From positions 2,852,001-2,916,000 of the forward strand of contig JBLDXI010000013.1 of NCBI GenBank assembly GCA_047495785.1: 64,000 bases of DNA, given 5' to 3'. How positions within the stretch are numbered: position 1 is the stretch's first letter; each line of letters begins with the position of its first letter. Origin of the DNA: Lepidodermella squamata (Eukaryota > Animalia > Gastrotricha). The notes beneath the pieces were generated by a model. The model did no database searches. It had not been told where the DNA came from and saw only the letters and a program-made list of their open reading frames with translations. The position numbers and the translations under genes were made by a program. Positions 26,902-39,000 of this stretch are shown here, piece by piece.

Positions 26902-28155
26902 ATGTCAGATCAAAAGTTCTCTGCAAGTCCTCGGGACAATTCAGGCGTCCTGCTACCCCCTATCCAGCCGAACAGGCGGAAAGTCGTCAATGTGTGGACG
27001 AATAGTGATACTCCACAGCCGGCTGTCATCCCGCCGCGATATATTCATCGCGGCTCTAGACAATACTCGAAACTAGGCGAATCTATACTTGAACAGCCGC
27101 AACAACAGCCCGCAGTACGCATGACCAAACCGCGCGGTCAACCGGCTCCGGTGATAACTGAGCAGCCCGAGCCAATCCTGCTTGTTTGCGCCGTGCTTTG
27201 CCGGGTGTGTCGCAACCTATTACCGGTTGTTGACACCGCTGGCAGTAGTAATGACGTCGGTGCGCCGCCTTCCACTGCTAGTTTAGAAGATGGGGATAAC
27301 TTCAACTCAGCTAACGGCGCGTTTCGAAAAATGGATTTCAAATCAATTGTAGGTCCTGGTGTCGTAAAATGCTGCCGGTGCAATGAACAAACGGTAATTT
27401 TTCGAAAAGATAACAGTCGGAAGGTGATCGATCTCCCAATATTGATAGCTATTCGCAATTTTCTGGAATTCCTCCTCTCAAAAACTGCTTTAATAAGGTA
27501 CCCTCAGATGCGAGTATAAAAATTTGCGACCTTAGCCTGTTAAGATTGCCCAAGAATGGCAAACTTCGATTTATAAAATGCATCCCAATTCGCAGGCTTG
27601 TTTATGACATTTTTGTTTGAGAAATGATCGTATTTCGGGCTTATTTCGGCGCCTAGTCAGCGAACCATGGGTAATCCAAGTGCTACTCCATGTCACTTTT
27701 AGAGAGTTCTTAATGCCGGCTATTCAATGTGGTACCCTACTCATTTGATCAGTCCCTTAGTTAGGCCAAATTCACTAAGTTTGTCCCACTGGGTTAGCTT
27801 TTTATACAGAAACCCAAAAAAAACTTCCAGTAATGACTACCGTAAATCCTGAAATATAAGGATTAGACGCCTCTACGGATTTCACGACCAATTTGCATTA
27901 ATCATACGGCTACTTGGGGGGGCCGGGCCTTTCGCGAAACCCATAGGCTCTGTTTTTAGGGTTCATTTGAAAATTGGAAAAATATATCATTTTCTTGTTA
28001 ATTTTCAGGCAATTAGAGCGGCACCCGAAGGCCGACGATTTATTCGTTGCGTCTGCAACTGCTTATTTCTGGTGAGGACCACATCGAAGCGAGTGAGCTG
28101 CCCGCGAGAAACTTGTCGGCGCTACTTGGAAATCAACGCAACTCTGAATCAATAA
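26902..28155 (+). CDS. Truncated TMEM55/PIP4P paralog (no TM segments, CX5R Cys lost); 2 exons
   Basis: VLCRVCRNLL...VVKCCRCNEQT|AIRAAPEGRRFIRCVCNCLFLVRTTSKRVSCPRETCRRYLEINATLNQ*; intron 27394-28008. Confidence 0.75.
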
Positions 28156-28270
28156 TAATAGAAAAACTCATTTTATTGATTAAAAATCAAACTAGAAAAG
28201 ATCGCATTTTGTGCACCGTTTTCTCAATAATTATGTTAAAATACTATGGCTATGTGTGTTTTTGTGAAAA

Positions 28271-29519
28271 TTACGTCGATTTTATGAATAAATTTGATAT
28301 AAAAACCACCAGCAGCCATACTATGCCGATAAATATTTGTCCGGCGTTAGGCGGTAGTAGTTGTAGCGACAGGTGACTTGCTGCTCTATTGCAGTAGTTG
28401 CTATCGCAGCACCACAGAAAAACACTTGTGTTTTTACCTGCGCAAAAATAAACAACGGCGATAATAATAATAATAATAATCATTCGATTGGCACGCTCAC
28501 CAACCTTTACCGAAGCCCTGTTGGCATCGGTGATACGTAATTGAATAATTCGCGTTTCTCGTGTTTTTCGCCGCCGGCTCGCTGCTGCTGTTGCTGTTGT
28601 TGTTTCCGTCAGCCGCTATTGCCGCCGCAGTTTTGATATACATGTGCGGTGTATAACAGCCGTAAATGATCAATTCAGTTTGGTTCTCCCGAATATACGA
28701 TTTCTAGAATAAACACCGGATATATGAATAGGCAAAGAAATACTAGTCATTAATTACCGCGCACGAGGGTTTATTTCGCGCATCTTCAAGCTTCAGAGAA
28801 TGTCTCGTCGCGGGTCGTTTCGCAAAACACCGCGTAGTAGGCATTGAATCATCTCCTTCACGACACGTATCTGCTAAAACTTCGCGCTCTTCATCCGACC
28901 CGACAACCTTGTTGACCCGATAACAAGCGTAACAGTCGATGTGTTCGATATTATCCTCGTCATCCATCGATTTCTCCTTCCGATTCATGAAAGATTTCAA
29001 GAAGAACGATGTTAAGTTTATCGATAGGGTCTCGACTCGGAAACTAGGTTCTGGAGCCATTTCGACGAGATTTGTTGAGTTTTCCGCTGTTGACTCGTGA
29101 TTCATTTCGTTGCCTGTAGTGTTCGAAACATCTTCCGTGATAGGCTCCTCAACGGCATCCTGTTCCGAAATTTCACCATCTTCCGCCTGATCAGGGGGTT
29201 CATCGCCGTCTTCCTCCTCGCCTTCCCCTAAATCTTCTCCTTCGACCTCACTTTCCACAGGTTCATTAACTATTGGTTCCGGCTCCAAAGCGGTTTCATT
29301 CGAAGGCAAGGTATTCGGGTCGTCGTAAAGAATAACAGGCGCCGGCGTATCTTCAATGGAAGATTCAACCGCCGGAGTCAATAAGTCTATTGGTCCGTCA
29401 TCTGTCCGAATTTCCTCGGCTTCGGATGCCTCAAAGGCCGATGATGGTGGTATAAAAAATTCTCGAGTAGCTAACAGTATCAAAAGCAGTAAATTGCAAC
29501 AATGTGAATACTGCTTCAT
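28271..29519 (-). CDS. Ly6/uPAR (three-finger) domain protein with acidic N-terminal stalk and GPI-like C-terminus; 3 exons
   Basis: Signal peptide, E/D/P-rich region, IDCYACY...C...C...CA|KSY...YGC...RCQQG|...WCCDSNYCN, then hydrophobic tail. Confidence 0.75.
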
Positions 29520-30322
29520 TGTGAATGACGAAATTGTGCGCTGCTTTCAACTGCAATCAAAGCAGCTGTGAAATGACGCATTAAAACGGTCAAGTTATTT
29601 GCACCTGGTCTGAATTCACGCCTGTGCCTCGTTGCTGCTTTTGCTGCCAATGGAGCGCATCGACGCGCCTAATTTTTCGGTGCGAATTCTGGCACGGTGC
29701 GAAGTCAACACCGCTTTGATATCAAATTACAAAATATGTGAATGCAATATATCAAAACTATGGTCATACTTTTATTATCAAGATTCATTGTTCAACTACT
29801 AAAATCGATTCGAGCAAATGATACCAGGTAATTACATCGGATGTATCACGCAGAATAAAGGACAGAGAAATAACGCAATTTCGTCATTTTACATACATTT
29901 GATATTCATATCAACCGAAGAAAAACGTGGCACGCTCTCAAAAGAAAAAAGATGAACAAAAGTTAAGTCAACTCGACGTTAGACAAGAACTTCGACAAAT
30001 AGAATAGCACTGCGATCACTAATAGGCAGGTTTCAAGGAATAGTGTAAAAAACAAAGATATCGATACAACTACAGCTTTCAATTATCAGACTTCAGGAAA
30101 TGATTTCAAATACACTCAGGGTCCTTCGAAATGTGATAAAAGCTGCTCATGTTAATCAGATTAATTAGTTGTCTGCCATTTCATTATTCAGCTGAATGAA
30201 TGCACGGACCGTCTTGAACTTCAACAGGGAGATCACAAACAATGCAAAATTTCACGCTTTTGTATTACAAGAATGTCATGCGAATGAGTGGCATTCATTC
30301 AGCGGCAAAAATGTGCTATCAA

Positions 30323-30691
30323 TTACTTGGAAGAATTAGTCGGCTGAGCTGTATTTGTCGTTGCAGCAGGATAATCCACACCAGCTTGTGTCTACGGAAA
30401 GAGAACAAAATGTAAGACCAGACGGATTAAAAGCGAAACGCGATCTATTACCATAACATCAGCAATGTTTTTCTCTAGATCGTCAATTCTCGAGCTCATG
30501 TCATCGATTCGAGTCACAATTTCTTCCGACATCTGATGAAAGCGCTCTTGCATTTGTTGAAGCATATTTTGAACGAACACGGTCAAATCTTGAACATTGC
30601 GTGGATCGCCCACGGGAACTTGCATCATAGGGCTTGGCATCATGCCAGCCTGGTAATCGGTACCGGCGTCTCCAGATGTTTGATCGCTCAT
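30323..30691 (-). CDS. HSBP1: Heat shock factor-binding protein 1; 2 exons
   Basis: [52 protein letters not shown]|TQAGVD. Confidence 0.93.
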
Positions 30692-30970
30692 TTTCGAGTG
30701 AATACTCACGTAACTACCCTACCAAAAGGAACAAACTTTTCATTAGCAATATGAAAACTTTAAAAACCGAATCGATCTGAGTAGCAAAACATTGAGCATC
30801 CCGTCTCCAAATTTAACATCTCATTCGTTGAGCATTCATCAAAAATTAAAAGCAAAAGGAAAGATGCGGTAGATGTTACAATTAGTGCATGTAATACATG
30901 AAAGAGAATAACGCTTGCTGAAAATATTAGCAAGGTAAGCAATTATGCAGTAAATTGTCACTATCAACAA

Positions 30971-31348
30971 TCAGCAACAAGGATGGATTTTGATTTGGAC
31001 AGGCGCGTTCGGGTCGTTGTAGTAAGTCGAGATGCGCCAATGAATATATTCATTTTGCGTGTAAATTATCGGACCATCGCCGCAGAAGGGACCATACCAC
31101 TCGATCTCGGCAATCAGTCGGTCTTTATCCGCCGTTGTAGGGACAACAATGGGTGCGTCATCTCGCAGCCATTGCAAGATTTTACCAAACGCCTTTGGAC
31201 ATCTGTCAATAAAATATTCTTTATCCGCGTATTCTCCAGGAAACATTCCAGCGAGGCGTGAACCAAGAGCCTTTTGCTCCGCAATGGTGGCATATGTCGT
31301 TGAAAACATTTTACCGCCGACATTAATACGGATTCGGCTGAGACTCAT
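30971..31348 (-). CDS. Small BTB/POZ (KCTD/T1-type) protein; intronless
   Basis: RIRINVGGKMFSTTYATI...SRLAGMF...EYFIDRCPKAFGKILQWLRD. Confidence 0.8.
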   Translation of the reverse strand: MSLSRIRINVGGKMFSTTYATIAEQKALGSRLAGMFPGEYADKEYFIDRCPKAFGKILQWLRDDAPIVVPTTADKDRLIAEIEWYGPFCGDGPIIYTQNEYIHWRISTYYNDPNAPVQIKIHPCC

Positions 31349-31612
31349 TGAGCTCTGGAAATACTTGCACACCGATATTAATTACTGCGAAGCTGCGATT
31401 TCTATCAAGCAGAAAGAGAAGCTTTTAACTTTGAACAAACAGTAAACAGGGAAAAAGCCGGATTTTATGGGAACAGTAACGTGTTGTTCACGTGAAAGGA
31501 TGAAAAACATCAAAGTTGGCCTTTGAACCGGCAAAAACAGCAATGAACTGGCTTTCGCTGCTGAAGGACTGATCGACCGAAGACTGATCAAAGCCGATGT
31601 GCCGCCAAACTA

Positions 31613-31630
31613 ATTTGCATAAATTTGCAT
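31613..31630. promoter_or_regulatory. Tandem octamer motifs (ATTTGCAT x2) in the divergent KCTD/WDR36 interval
   Basis: atttgcat-aa-atttgcat, 10-bp period. Confidence 0.3.
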
Positions 31631-32075
31631 ACACGTTTTCTTCTTTTATCAATATTGTTAATAAACTATATAATTTTTTAGCTGAATATATAAAGTGTAA
31701 TATATACGAAAAGCAAATAACTATTGATTTCTAGCGCCAATTGTTCAAGCTTCAGTCCCGTGCCAACTCTCGGGTCAATGAAGAATGAAGTTCAGAAGTT
31801 GACGGTGATAGGTGACTTCAAACGTTCAGCTGATAGCTACCACCTGCAAATGATTCCTCGCAGAAATATTCTGCAAATATCTTATCCTTTATGCTAATAG
31901 GCGCCTACTGCCCAGCTTGCTCTGAAACATAAGTACTTCCTGTCGTCTGCCGTCTGTTGTCTAACTGGTTTTGCTTTAATGTTGTCTTTGGTGGCATTTA
32001 AAGCTGTTCCCTGTTTTCCTAATATTGAGTCCTCATGCACCATTGCTTTTTGCTCGTCTAGGTGTATGTTCAGTT

Positions 32076-34922
32076 ATGTCCAAGCAAGAAGAAAACGTTA
32101 AAAAAGCCTTCGGAAGCCGAGTATTCACTCCATATCGAACGCTGGGATTGTGTAGCAACCATGTCCCGTTGTGTACACATTACAACGCTAAACAGAAGGA
32201 AACTTACGCGATTACCTGCGTTGGGCGAGCATTCCACTCTTATAAAAGCTCCAATTTTGGACTGACCTGGATAAGTGATGTTCACAAAGCCCCCATCGCC
32301 TGCATGGCGTCAGACGATTATTATCTATTCACGGGATGCGAGAATGTTATTACGGCGTTCTTCCATGGCGGCAAAGTTGCGCACCGCTTGATTGGTCATG
32401 CGCATGATATTACTCACTTGTTACCAATGTCTGGCCATTTGTTGTCGATTGACTCAGCCGGGGTGGTTCGTATATGGAAAGTTTCCTCCGAAGAATTGCA
32501 CGCTGAGCTTACTCTACCAACTGACAGCTTTGAAGTAGCTGCTGTTTGCCACCCGTTGACTTATGTCAATAAGGTGCTGTTTGGTAGTCGTCAAGGAGCG
32601 TTGGAACTCTGGAACGTTCGAACGATGAAACAGGTGTACAGATTCGAGGGATGGGACTCGCCTATTACTGTCTTGGAGCAAAGTCCTGCGATTGACGTCA
32701 TTGCAATCGGCTTGGCTAATGGTTCAATCGTTTTACACAACATTCGAACTGATGAAACTTTAATTAAATTCACTCATGACGATGGACCTGTTGCAAGCAT
32801 CACCTTTCGGACTGATCCCGGTTTTACTTCCATCATGCTATCAGGCTCGCAATACGGACACATCGCTGTTTGGAATCTTGAAAAACGTCAGTTGGTGGCT
32901 AATATGCGTAATGCTCATTTATCTGTTGTCTCTGGTTTGCGCTGCGTTGACGGCGAACCGCTTGTTTTGAGCTCTTCACCTGATAACTCCCTCAAGCTTT
33001 GGGTATTCGATCAAGCTGATGCTTCTGGACGCTTATTGCGTGAAAGAAGTGGCCACTCTGCTCCATTAACGTGTATCAAGTTTCATAATGGCGAGTCGTC
33101 CAGAAACGACCCCGATAACGTCACTTCAATGCTAACAGCTAGTCTTGACGGCAGTCTTCGAGCTTTCTCGCCATTTTCTGATCATGACAATCGGTCTCTG
33201 GGGCGAGGTTCATACAACAAAAAGCAAATGCGCAAGGCTAAGGGTGAGAAGCGAGATCGCTATTTAATGCCCCCGATTGTTGAAATCGCGTCCGAGCCTT
33301 GTCGCCAGAGCGAGTGGGATAGCATCGTTTGCTGTCACGAAGATTTGCCTTTCGCAACAACATGGAGCTTGGCTCATTGGACTATGGGTAGTCATCGTTT
33401 CAGCCACGAGGATCATCGGCAAGCGGTGAATAACGGAGTGCGTGCTCGATACGAACATAACGGTGCTGTTACAATTGTGGAAAAGGGCGTTCCAACCGCT
33501 TGCACTATCACCCCTTGCGGAAATTTCGCTCTTATCGGATTCAACAATGGTTATGTAGATGTGTTCAACATTCAGTCCGGAATTTACAGGGGTACATTTT
33601 CGCCGTCCCCAAAGGCTGAGCCCGTCCCTCCTGCCCACACTGATGGTCCAGTGCGAGGCGTTGCAATCGATGCCGTTAATTCTACGGTTGTTACAGCCGA
33701 CGGCTCTTCAAACGGGCAAGTAAGTTTCTGGCGATTCAAAAGTCGTCAGTTGATTTCGTCGATAGAAATGGGCGCTCCTGTCACAAAATTCGCGTTGTGT
33801 CGCGATAATTCACTTCTTGCTGTCGCCTTGGATGATTTCCGATTGCTTGTTGTTGACATTGATCTTCATCGAATCGTTCGCTTGCTTGGACCAAATCACA
33901 CTGCTGTCATTACAGGATTAGCGTTCAGTCCGGATGGTCGTTGGTTAATTTCTTGCTCTATGGATTGCACGATTCGGACGTGGGACCTTCCGACATCGGC
34001 TTTAGTCGACTGCTTTGTTACCAGCTTTAAGGCACCCCCTGTTGGCATTGCAATGAGCCCGATTGGTGACTTCTTAGCATCTATTCACCGCGATCAACCC
34101 GGTATTGCGTTGTGGACAAATCGCGCGTTATTTGATTACGTTTCTCTGCACCCTCCTCTGGGTCAGAAAGATGTTGAAAATATCATGACCAATTCGGAAG
34201 GTGAATTGCCAGCAACTGACACCGATGCAAGTATCATCGATGTTGATAAACCTGATAGTGAGAGTGCGGCGAATCTTGCTTTGATAAATGATGGTTTGCT
34301 GAAACTGTCGCTTGAACCTGAAACTAAATGGTTCTCTTTGCTCAATCTCGATCTGATTCGCGAGAAAAATAAGCCGAAAATGCCGCCCCAAAAGCCGGTA
34401 AATGCCCCATTTTTCCTTCCAACTGTTGCTGGATTGGAGCCTAAACTCGCTGCTCCGGTTGAAACTGGCAGTGTTTTGATGAAGAAAAAGGAGAAGATAA
34501 ATTTAGCTGGTCTACCTCTATCAAGCTGGACGTCTGCCTTGGCTGAAATCGAAGACGACTCCACCCCTGCTCAATTAATTGCCGTTTTCGACAAATTACG
34601 TGCCTTGGGTCCGTCTGGAATCGATGTAGAACTTCGGCTTCTCGCTAACGACGATTCTGAAAGTTGCCAGCAACTTGCGTTGAATTTTCTTCGCTGCGTT
34701 AAAGCTAAATTGGAATCGAATAATGATTTTGATTTAGCCACTGCTTATTTAGCTCGATTCATCAAGTTGAGTGGTCATTCTCTTGCGAAGAAGTCCCAGT
34801 TGTTGGAGGTTTTAACTGGTGAAATCGCGCCAATTTTGGCGGAAAACTGGGGACGGGTTCGAGCGGTTTGCGACCGGTCGCTTGCCGTCATTTCGTTCGC
34901 GAAGGCGCCCCTGGTTTTATAG
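32076..34922 (+). CDS. WDR36: WD repeat protein 36 / Utp21 (SSU processome); intronless
   Basis: SRVFTPYRTLGLCSNHVP, HPLTYVNKVLFGS, SPDNSLKLWVFD, RLLRERSGHSAP, NLDLIREKNKPKMPPQKPVNAPFFLPT. Confidence 0.95.
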   Translation: MSKQEENVKKAFGSRVFTPYRTLGLCSNHVPLCTHYNAKQKETYAITCVGRAFHSYKSSNFGLTWISDVHKAPIACMASDDYYLFTGCENVITAFFHGGKVAHRLIGHAHDITHLLPMSGHLLSIDSAGVVRIWKVSSEELHAELTLPTDSFEVAAVCHPLTYVNKVLFGSRQGALELWNVRTMKQVYRFEGWDSPITVLEQSPAIDVIAIGLANGSIVLHNIRTDETLIKFTHDDGPVASITFRTDPGFTSIMLSGSQYGHIAVWNLEKRQLVANMRNAHLSVVSGLRCVDGEPLVLSSSPDNSLKLWVFDQADASGRLLRERSGHSAPLTCIKFHNGESSRNDPDNVTSMLTASLDGSLRAFSPFSDHDNRSLGRGSYNKKQMRKAKGEKRDRYLMPPIVEIASEPCRQSEWDSIVCCHEDLPFATTWSLAHWTMGSHRFSHEDHRQAVNNGVRARYEHNGAVTIVEKGVPTACTITPCGNFALIGFNNGYVDVFNIQSGIYRGTFSPSPKAEPVPPAHTDGPVRGVAIDAVNSTVVTADGSSNGQVSFWRFKSRQLISSIEMGAPVTKFALCRDNSLLAVALDDFRLLVVDIDLHRIVRLLGPNHTAVITGLAFSPDGRWLISCSMDCTIRTWDLPTSALVDCFVTSFKAPPVGIAMSPIGDFLASIHRDQPGIALWTNRALFDYVSLHPPLGQKDVENIMTNSEGELPATDTDASIIDVDKPDSESAANLALINDGLLKLSLEPETKWFSLLNLDLIREKNKPKMPPQKPVNAPFFLPTVAGLEPKLAAPVETGSVLMKKKEKINLAGLPLSSWTSALAEIEDDSTPAQLIAVFDKLRALGPSGIDVELRLLANDDSESCQQLALNFLRCVKAKLESNNDFDLATAYLARFIKLSGHSLAKKSQLLEVLTGEIAPILAENWGRVRAVCDRSLAVISFAKAPLVL

Positions 34923-35036
34923 GGTGCAGAATTGTTGAGCTTTCTTGTGCAAACTGAAAACAATTAAAATAGAATGCAATTTTATTGATTTCTTTCAGAC
35001 TAATTTTTTCCATGTTTTCATAGATTTTCTTATAAA

Positions 35037-35975
35037 ATGAATATCAACCCTAAGAAAAGCTGGCATGTTAGATCGAAGACAAATATCGCCAAAGTCACTC
35101 GCGATGAGGAGAAATTAGCTGCCGAGGAGAACGAGAAGAAACGGAGAATAGAATTAGCCGTAAGTTTTGACAATTTGTAATGGAAATTTGAGCCAACTTC
35201 CCGTATTTTTAGGCATCTGATGAGCGCTGGAGTTTATTGAAAAATACCGCGAAAGATCGTGGTTTCGGTGGTCACGGTGAATCAGAAGGTCCCCTCGACC
35301 TCTTCAAAGATGTGAAAAGCGGCGTAGATGGTGTGGTTGTTGAAAACAAAGATTATAAACACGAAAAGAAAGAAGAGCAAGAGAAGTGGGAGAAAAAGAT
35401 TGGCCTGCTCAAATACCTCGGGGAAGGATCTGCGGAATTTTCATGTAACTTTTCAGCTAATTTATACCTTAACCCAATGTATTATGATCGTATTTTATTT
35501 TTATTACCACAGCTGAAAAACCGTGGTGGACTCAGAAGAGAGATCACAAGAGCGAAGCGTCATCATCTGCACAGGAAACTTCAGTGGAACGTGATAAGAA
35601 GTCGAAGTTTAGGGAAGATCCGCTCGCTGCCGTCAATCGATCGATGAAGAAAGCAGACAGTAGCGTAAGAAACTGTTAACTTCAGTTGAAACGTATTTTC
35701 ATTCATATTTTGCTTCATCACAGTCCAGCACACCCAAATCAACTACCTCGATTGTACCTGTTTCTACGCAGAGTTCTGCATCGAAATCGGTGGATCAGCT
35801 ACGCCGTGAAAGGCTTGAGCGGGAAAGGAAAGAAAGAGAGCGAACTCAGGCTCTTCTTGCTAGTAAAGGTATCATTCCGATGCCGAAACCCAGCGCGAAA
35901 CCAATCGACGACGAGCGTAAACGGCCTTATAATTCTGCCTTTAATGCTTCGATCAGCAACAATCTCAGAAGATGA
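35037..35975 (+). CDS. LENG1: Leukocyte receptor cluster member 1 homolog (Cir_N domain); 4 exons
   Basis: [25 protein letters not shown]..., [47 protein letters not shown]. Confidence 0.9.
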
Positions 35976-36061
35976 TTACTCAGCAATTATTTTTTATAGA
36001 TTTTTATAATGAAAAACTGATCAATCAATCATTTTCAATTTGTAGGTTTTAAGATAATTTG

Positions 36062-39000
36062 ATGGGTGGTTCCTGTGAATTCATATCACTGTTAATTGTG
36101 TCATGCATCGTTAGTGTGATAAAAGCCACCCAAGGTTCGTTCATTCATCATCGCAAGTGTTGGCGTTTAATTTTGAAAATTGTTTCGTTCTCAGATCCTT
36201 TCGATGAATGCGCATCAGTGGCGCTCGATAAAGCCAGTTATCAAGGCACGTATCAGATCGCTCCGGCAACCGATTGCGTGATATTTCGCTTCGATCAAAC
36301 TCCTGCAGAACTCAGCGATTCTATAGGTCGAAATGTGTTCATGACGTAAGTTGATAAAAATTAATTAATGATAAAAAGGGTAAATTAATGTAAATAAAAG
36401 TTCGAAAAGCTCCTAATTGATCGGATTAAATTACTGTTTATTTTTTGCTTTGAAATTATCATTTGTGAAATGGATGACTACTCATCCTAATTTGATTGAA
36501 ATAAGCGTTTTTCTATATAAAAGCATTTCCCTACGGCTGAAAATTCTCGTATAAAATGAAATTGATAGGTTAAATTTCTTGTTAAATTTTCTATTATTTT
36601 CATTACTTGCTTGTTATAGGAAAAAATGGAATATATCAGAGAAATTGAAAAAGTGAACCAACGATAATGGTTTTTTTATTTTTCGTCATTGTAATTTTAC
36701 AGAATATACAATGTTTCTGTGTCGCTATCTACGCCATTTGGACAGTCAATACCGAGCGACTGGAGCGACGTTTCGCCAAAGAAACTGTCGTCATTGTGCA
36801 ACTGCAACAACAACGTGTGCGCAGTGCAACTCGACCCCGAAACGTACTTAGCCGGACAGCGCAACAGCTCATACTTCGAATCGCGCGTGTCCCAGGGGTT
36901 GAAATGCTTGTCTACACAGCCATCGCAGGGGCTGCACTTTCAAATTCCAGTCGGCGGCCGGCTGCTGATAATCGCCAAGAAACAGTCACACTTATACGCG
37001 TACAAAATGTCGTACAAGTACGTGTACGAGGCGGTATGCAACGCCGCGAACAGCATTGATGTCATGAACCTTCAAACACCGCGAGCTCGGTGGTGCAAAA
37101 ACGCGGTTGTGTTGCCTGATGGTAACATCGTCGACGGACAGGCGATTTGTATCGCCCCAGCTTGGGAGTGCGATAACTTCGCGGATTGCCTCGATAGCAG
37201 TGACGAATTTTGTTGCCAATCCCAGTTCACTCGTTGCCAACCGTGGCAGGATCTAGCCGGGCGGTGCGTGCCCCGCTGCAACGGGATTTCCGAGTGCCAG
37301 GCTAGTTGGAATGAAAACGAGTGTTCGCCAGCTCATTGTGCTGACACTGATATTCGCTGCCGAGTGCCGACGGACGAGCAATACGGCGATTCTGGCAGCT
37401 TCCAGTGCATTCCACCGAGTCGTCGCTGCAACGGCCTGGCTGACTGTGCCGATGCGAGGGACGAACTAGGCTGTGACGCAACGACGTGTGGGCCTGAGAA
37501 CGGGACCTACCTGTGCGAAGGCGATGCGTCCGGGCATTGCATACGCCAGGATTTTGTCTGCGACGGCCAGCCACACTGTCCGAATGCGGACGACGAAGCA
37601 TTCTGTCCGATTTTATCGCGGCGGCTCAATGTTGTTCTATGTATGAGTGGCTTGTTTTCGTGTGCCAGTGTTCTCTTCGTCATCGCCTACTTTCATCGAC
37701 GCTATTGCATGGCTTACAGGAGAAATCGTCGAAGCCATCGGAGGAGGCGATTCGAGTAAGTTTTCAGGATTTTTCCAAACTTTTCCCAGGGGTCTAATAC
37801 TCGAACTACAAAAATTGAGGTTCCAGCTCCAAAATTTTCCGATTTTGTTGGCGATGAATACGCGCAATAGTGAGATATAGAAATACAAGAAGCGCACCCC
37901 AAATTTAGGGTTCCGGCACTAAATTAGAGACTCCAGCACTAGATTTCCTCAAAATATGGTTTATCAAATTTCTAGTCTTCGCTGGAATCTCAATTTTTTT
38001 ATCATGTCTAACCGATAGATCTTCATATTACGCGTATTTCGCGCTTTGAGCGGCCAGCTTACGAATTATACTTCATTATATGGAGCCGATATCGATTTCA
38101 AGTATCGATTTTACAAATCAGTGATTTTCCCGTCTTGAAACTTGAAACCGAACATCGAAAATTTTTCTACGTAGCTTAGGGCACCATGTAGCAAAAATAA
38201 ATATCATAGGATCTGGGAGGGCATCAGTATCGATCAAAAATCGAAATCGCCGAAATCGCTATGAATCTGAAAAATTAGTGCCAGGACGCTTAAATTTAGC
38301 ACTGGAACCTCATTTTTAGTCGTGGAAATATTTGAACCGAATTAGTATTAGCAGTAAGTAACTTGGATTTTGATGTTTCGGAGGTTATTTGCCATCTGGT
38401 TGTGTTTTAGACCAATGAATGGATTAAACATTCTCAAGATGAAATGATTCCGCAACTTGTTTTTCTCTCATTGTGGGTGTTACTGGTGGTATTTTCTGAA
38501 TTTGTTTCAAGTTTCATCATTTCTACGTCATTTATCCACCTTCAGGTTTTGTCACTTTATTGCTGATTAGATGACACTAGTGACCCCTTTTAGAGGTTGG
38601 ATCAATCGTTCTGATTGTAATGGCTGATTTTATGGTTATTTCAAGTCCGCATTAGGTTAATGGATGGATTTTTCAAAAAGTATTCACTCAGTCTGAATCA
38701 TGTACTGCATTGGCGTACAGTCACATCTTGGCTAATTAATTATGCGACTGAAATGAGATGCCCAATCGATGACAGGTCACTGGGGAGGAAATTATTGATC
38801 GTATGCTTTTTTGCAGTTTGATGTCCCCTGTCGAACAAGCAGCCCGGTACTTCATGCAAATGTGCGGTGCTCCTCCGAGTTACTCCCAAGTGATGCAAAT
38901 GGGCGGCCCTGACATGGAGCGCTCCGAATCAACTCTACCCGGAGCGCCTATGGACGAGCCGTTGCCACACCAGCACGGTTTGACCACCACAGCTACCGTC

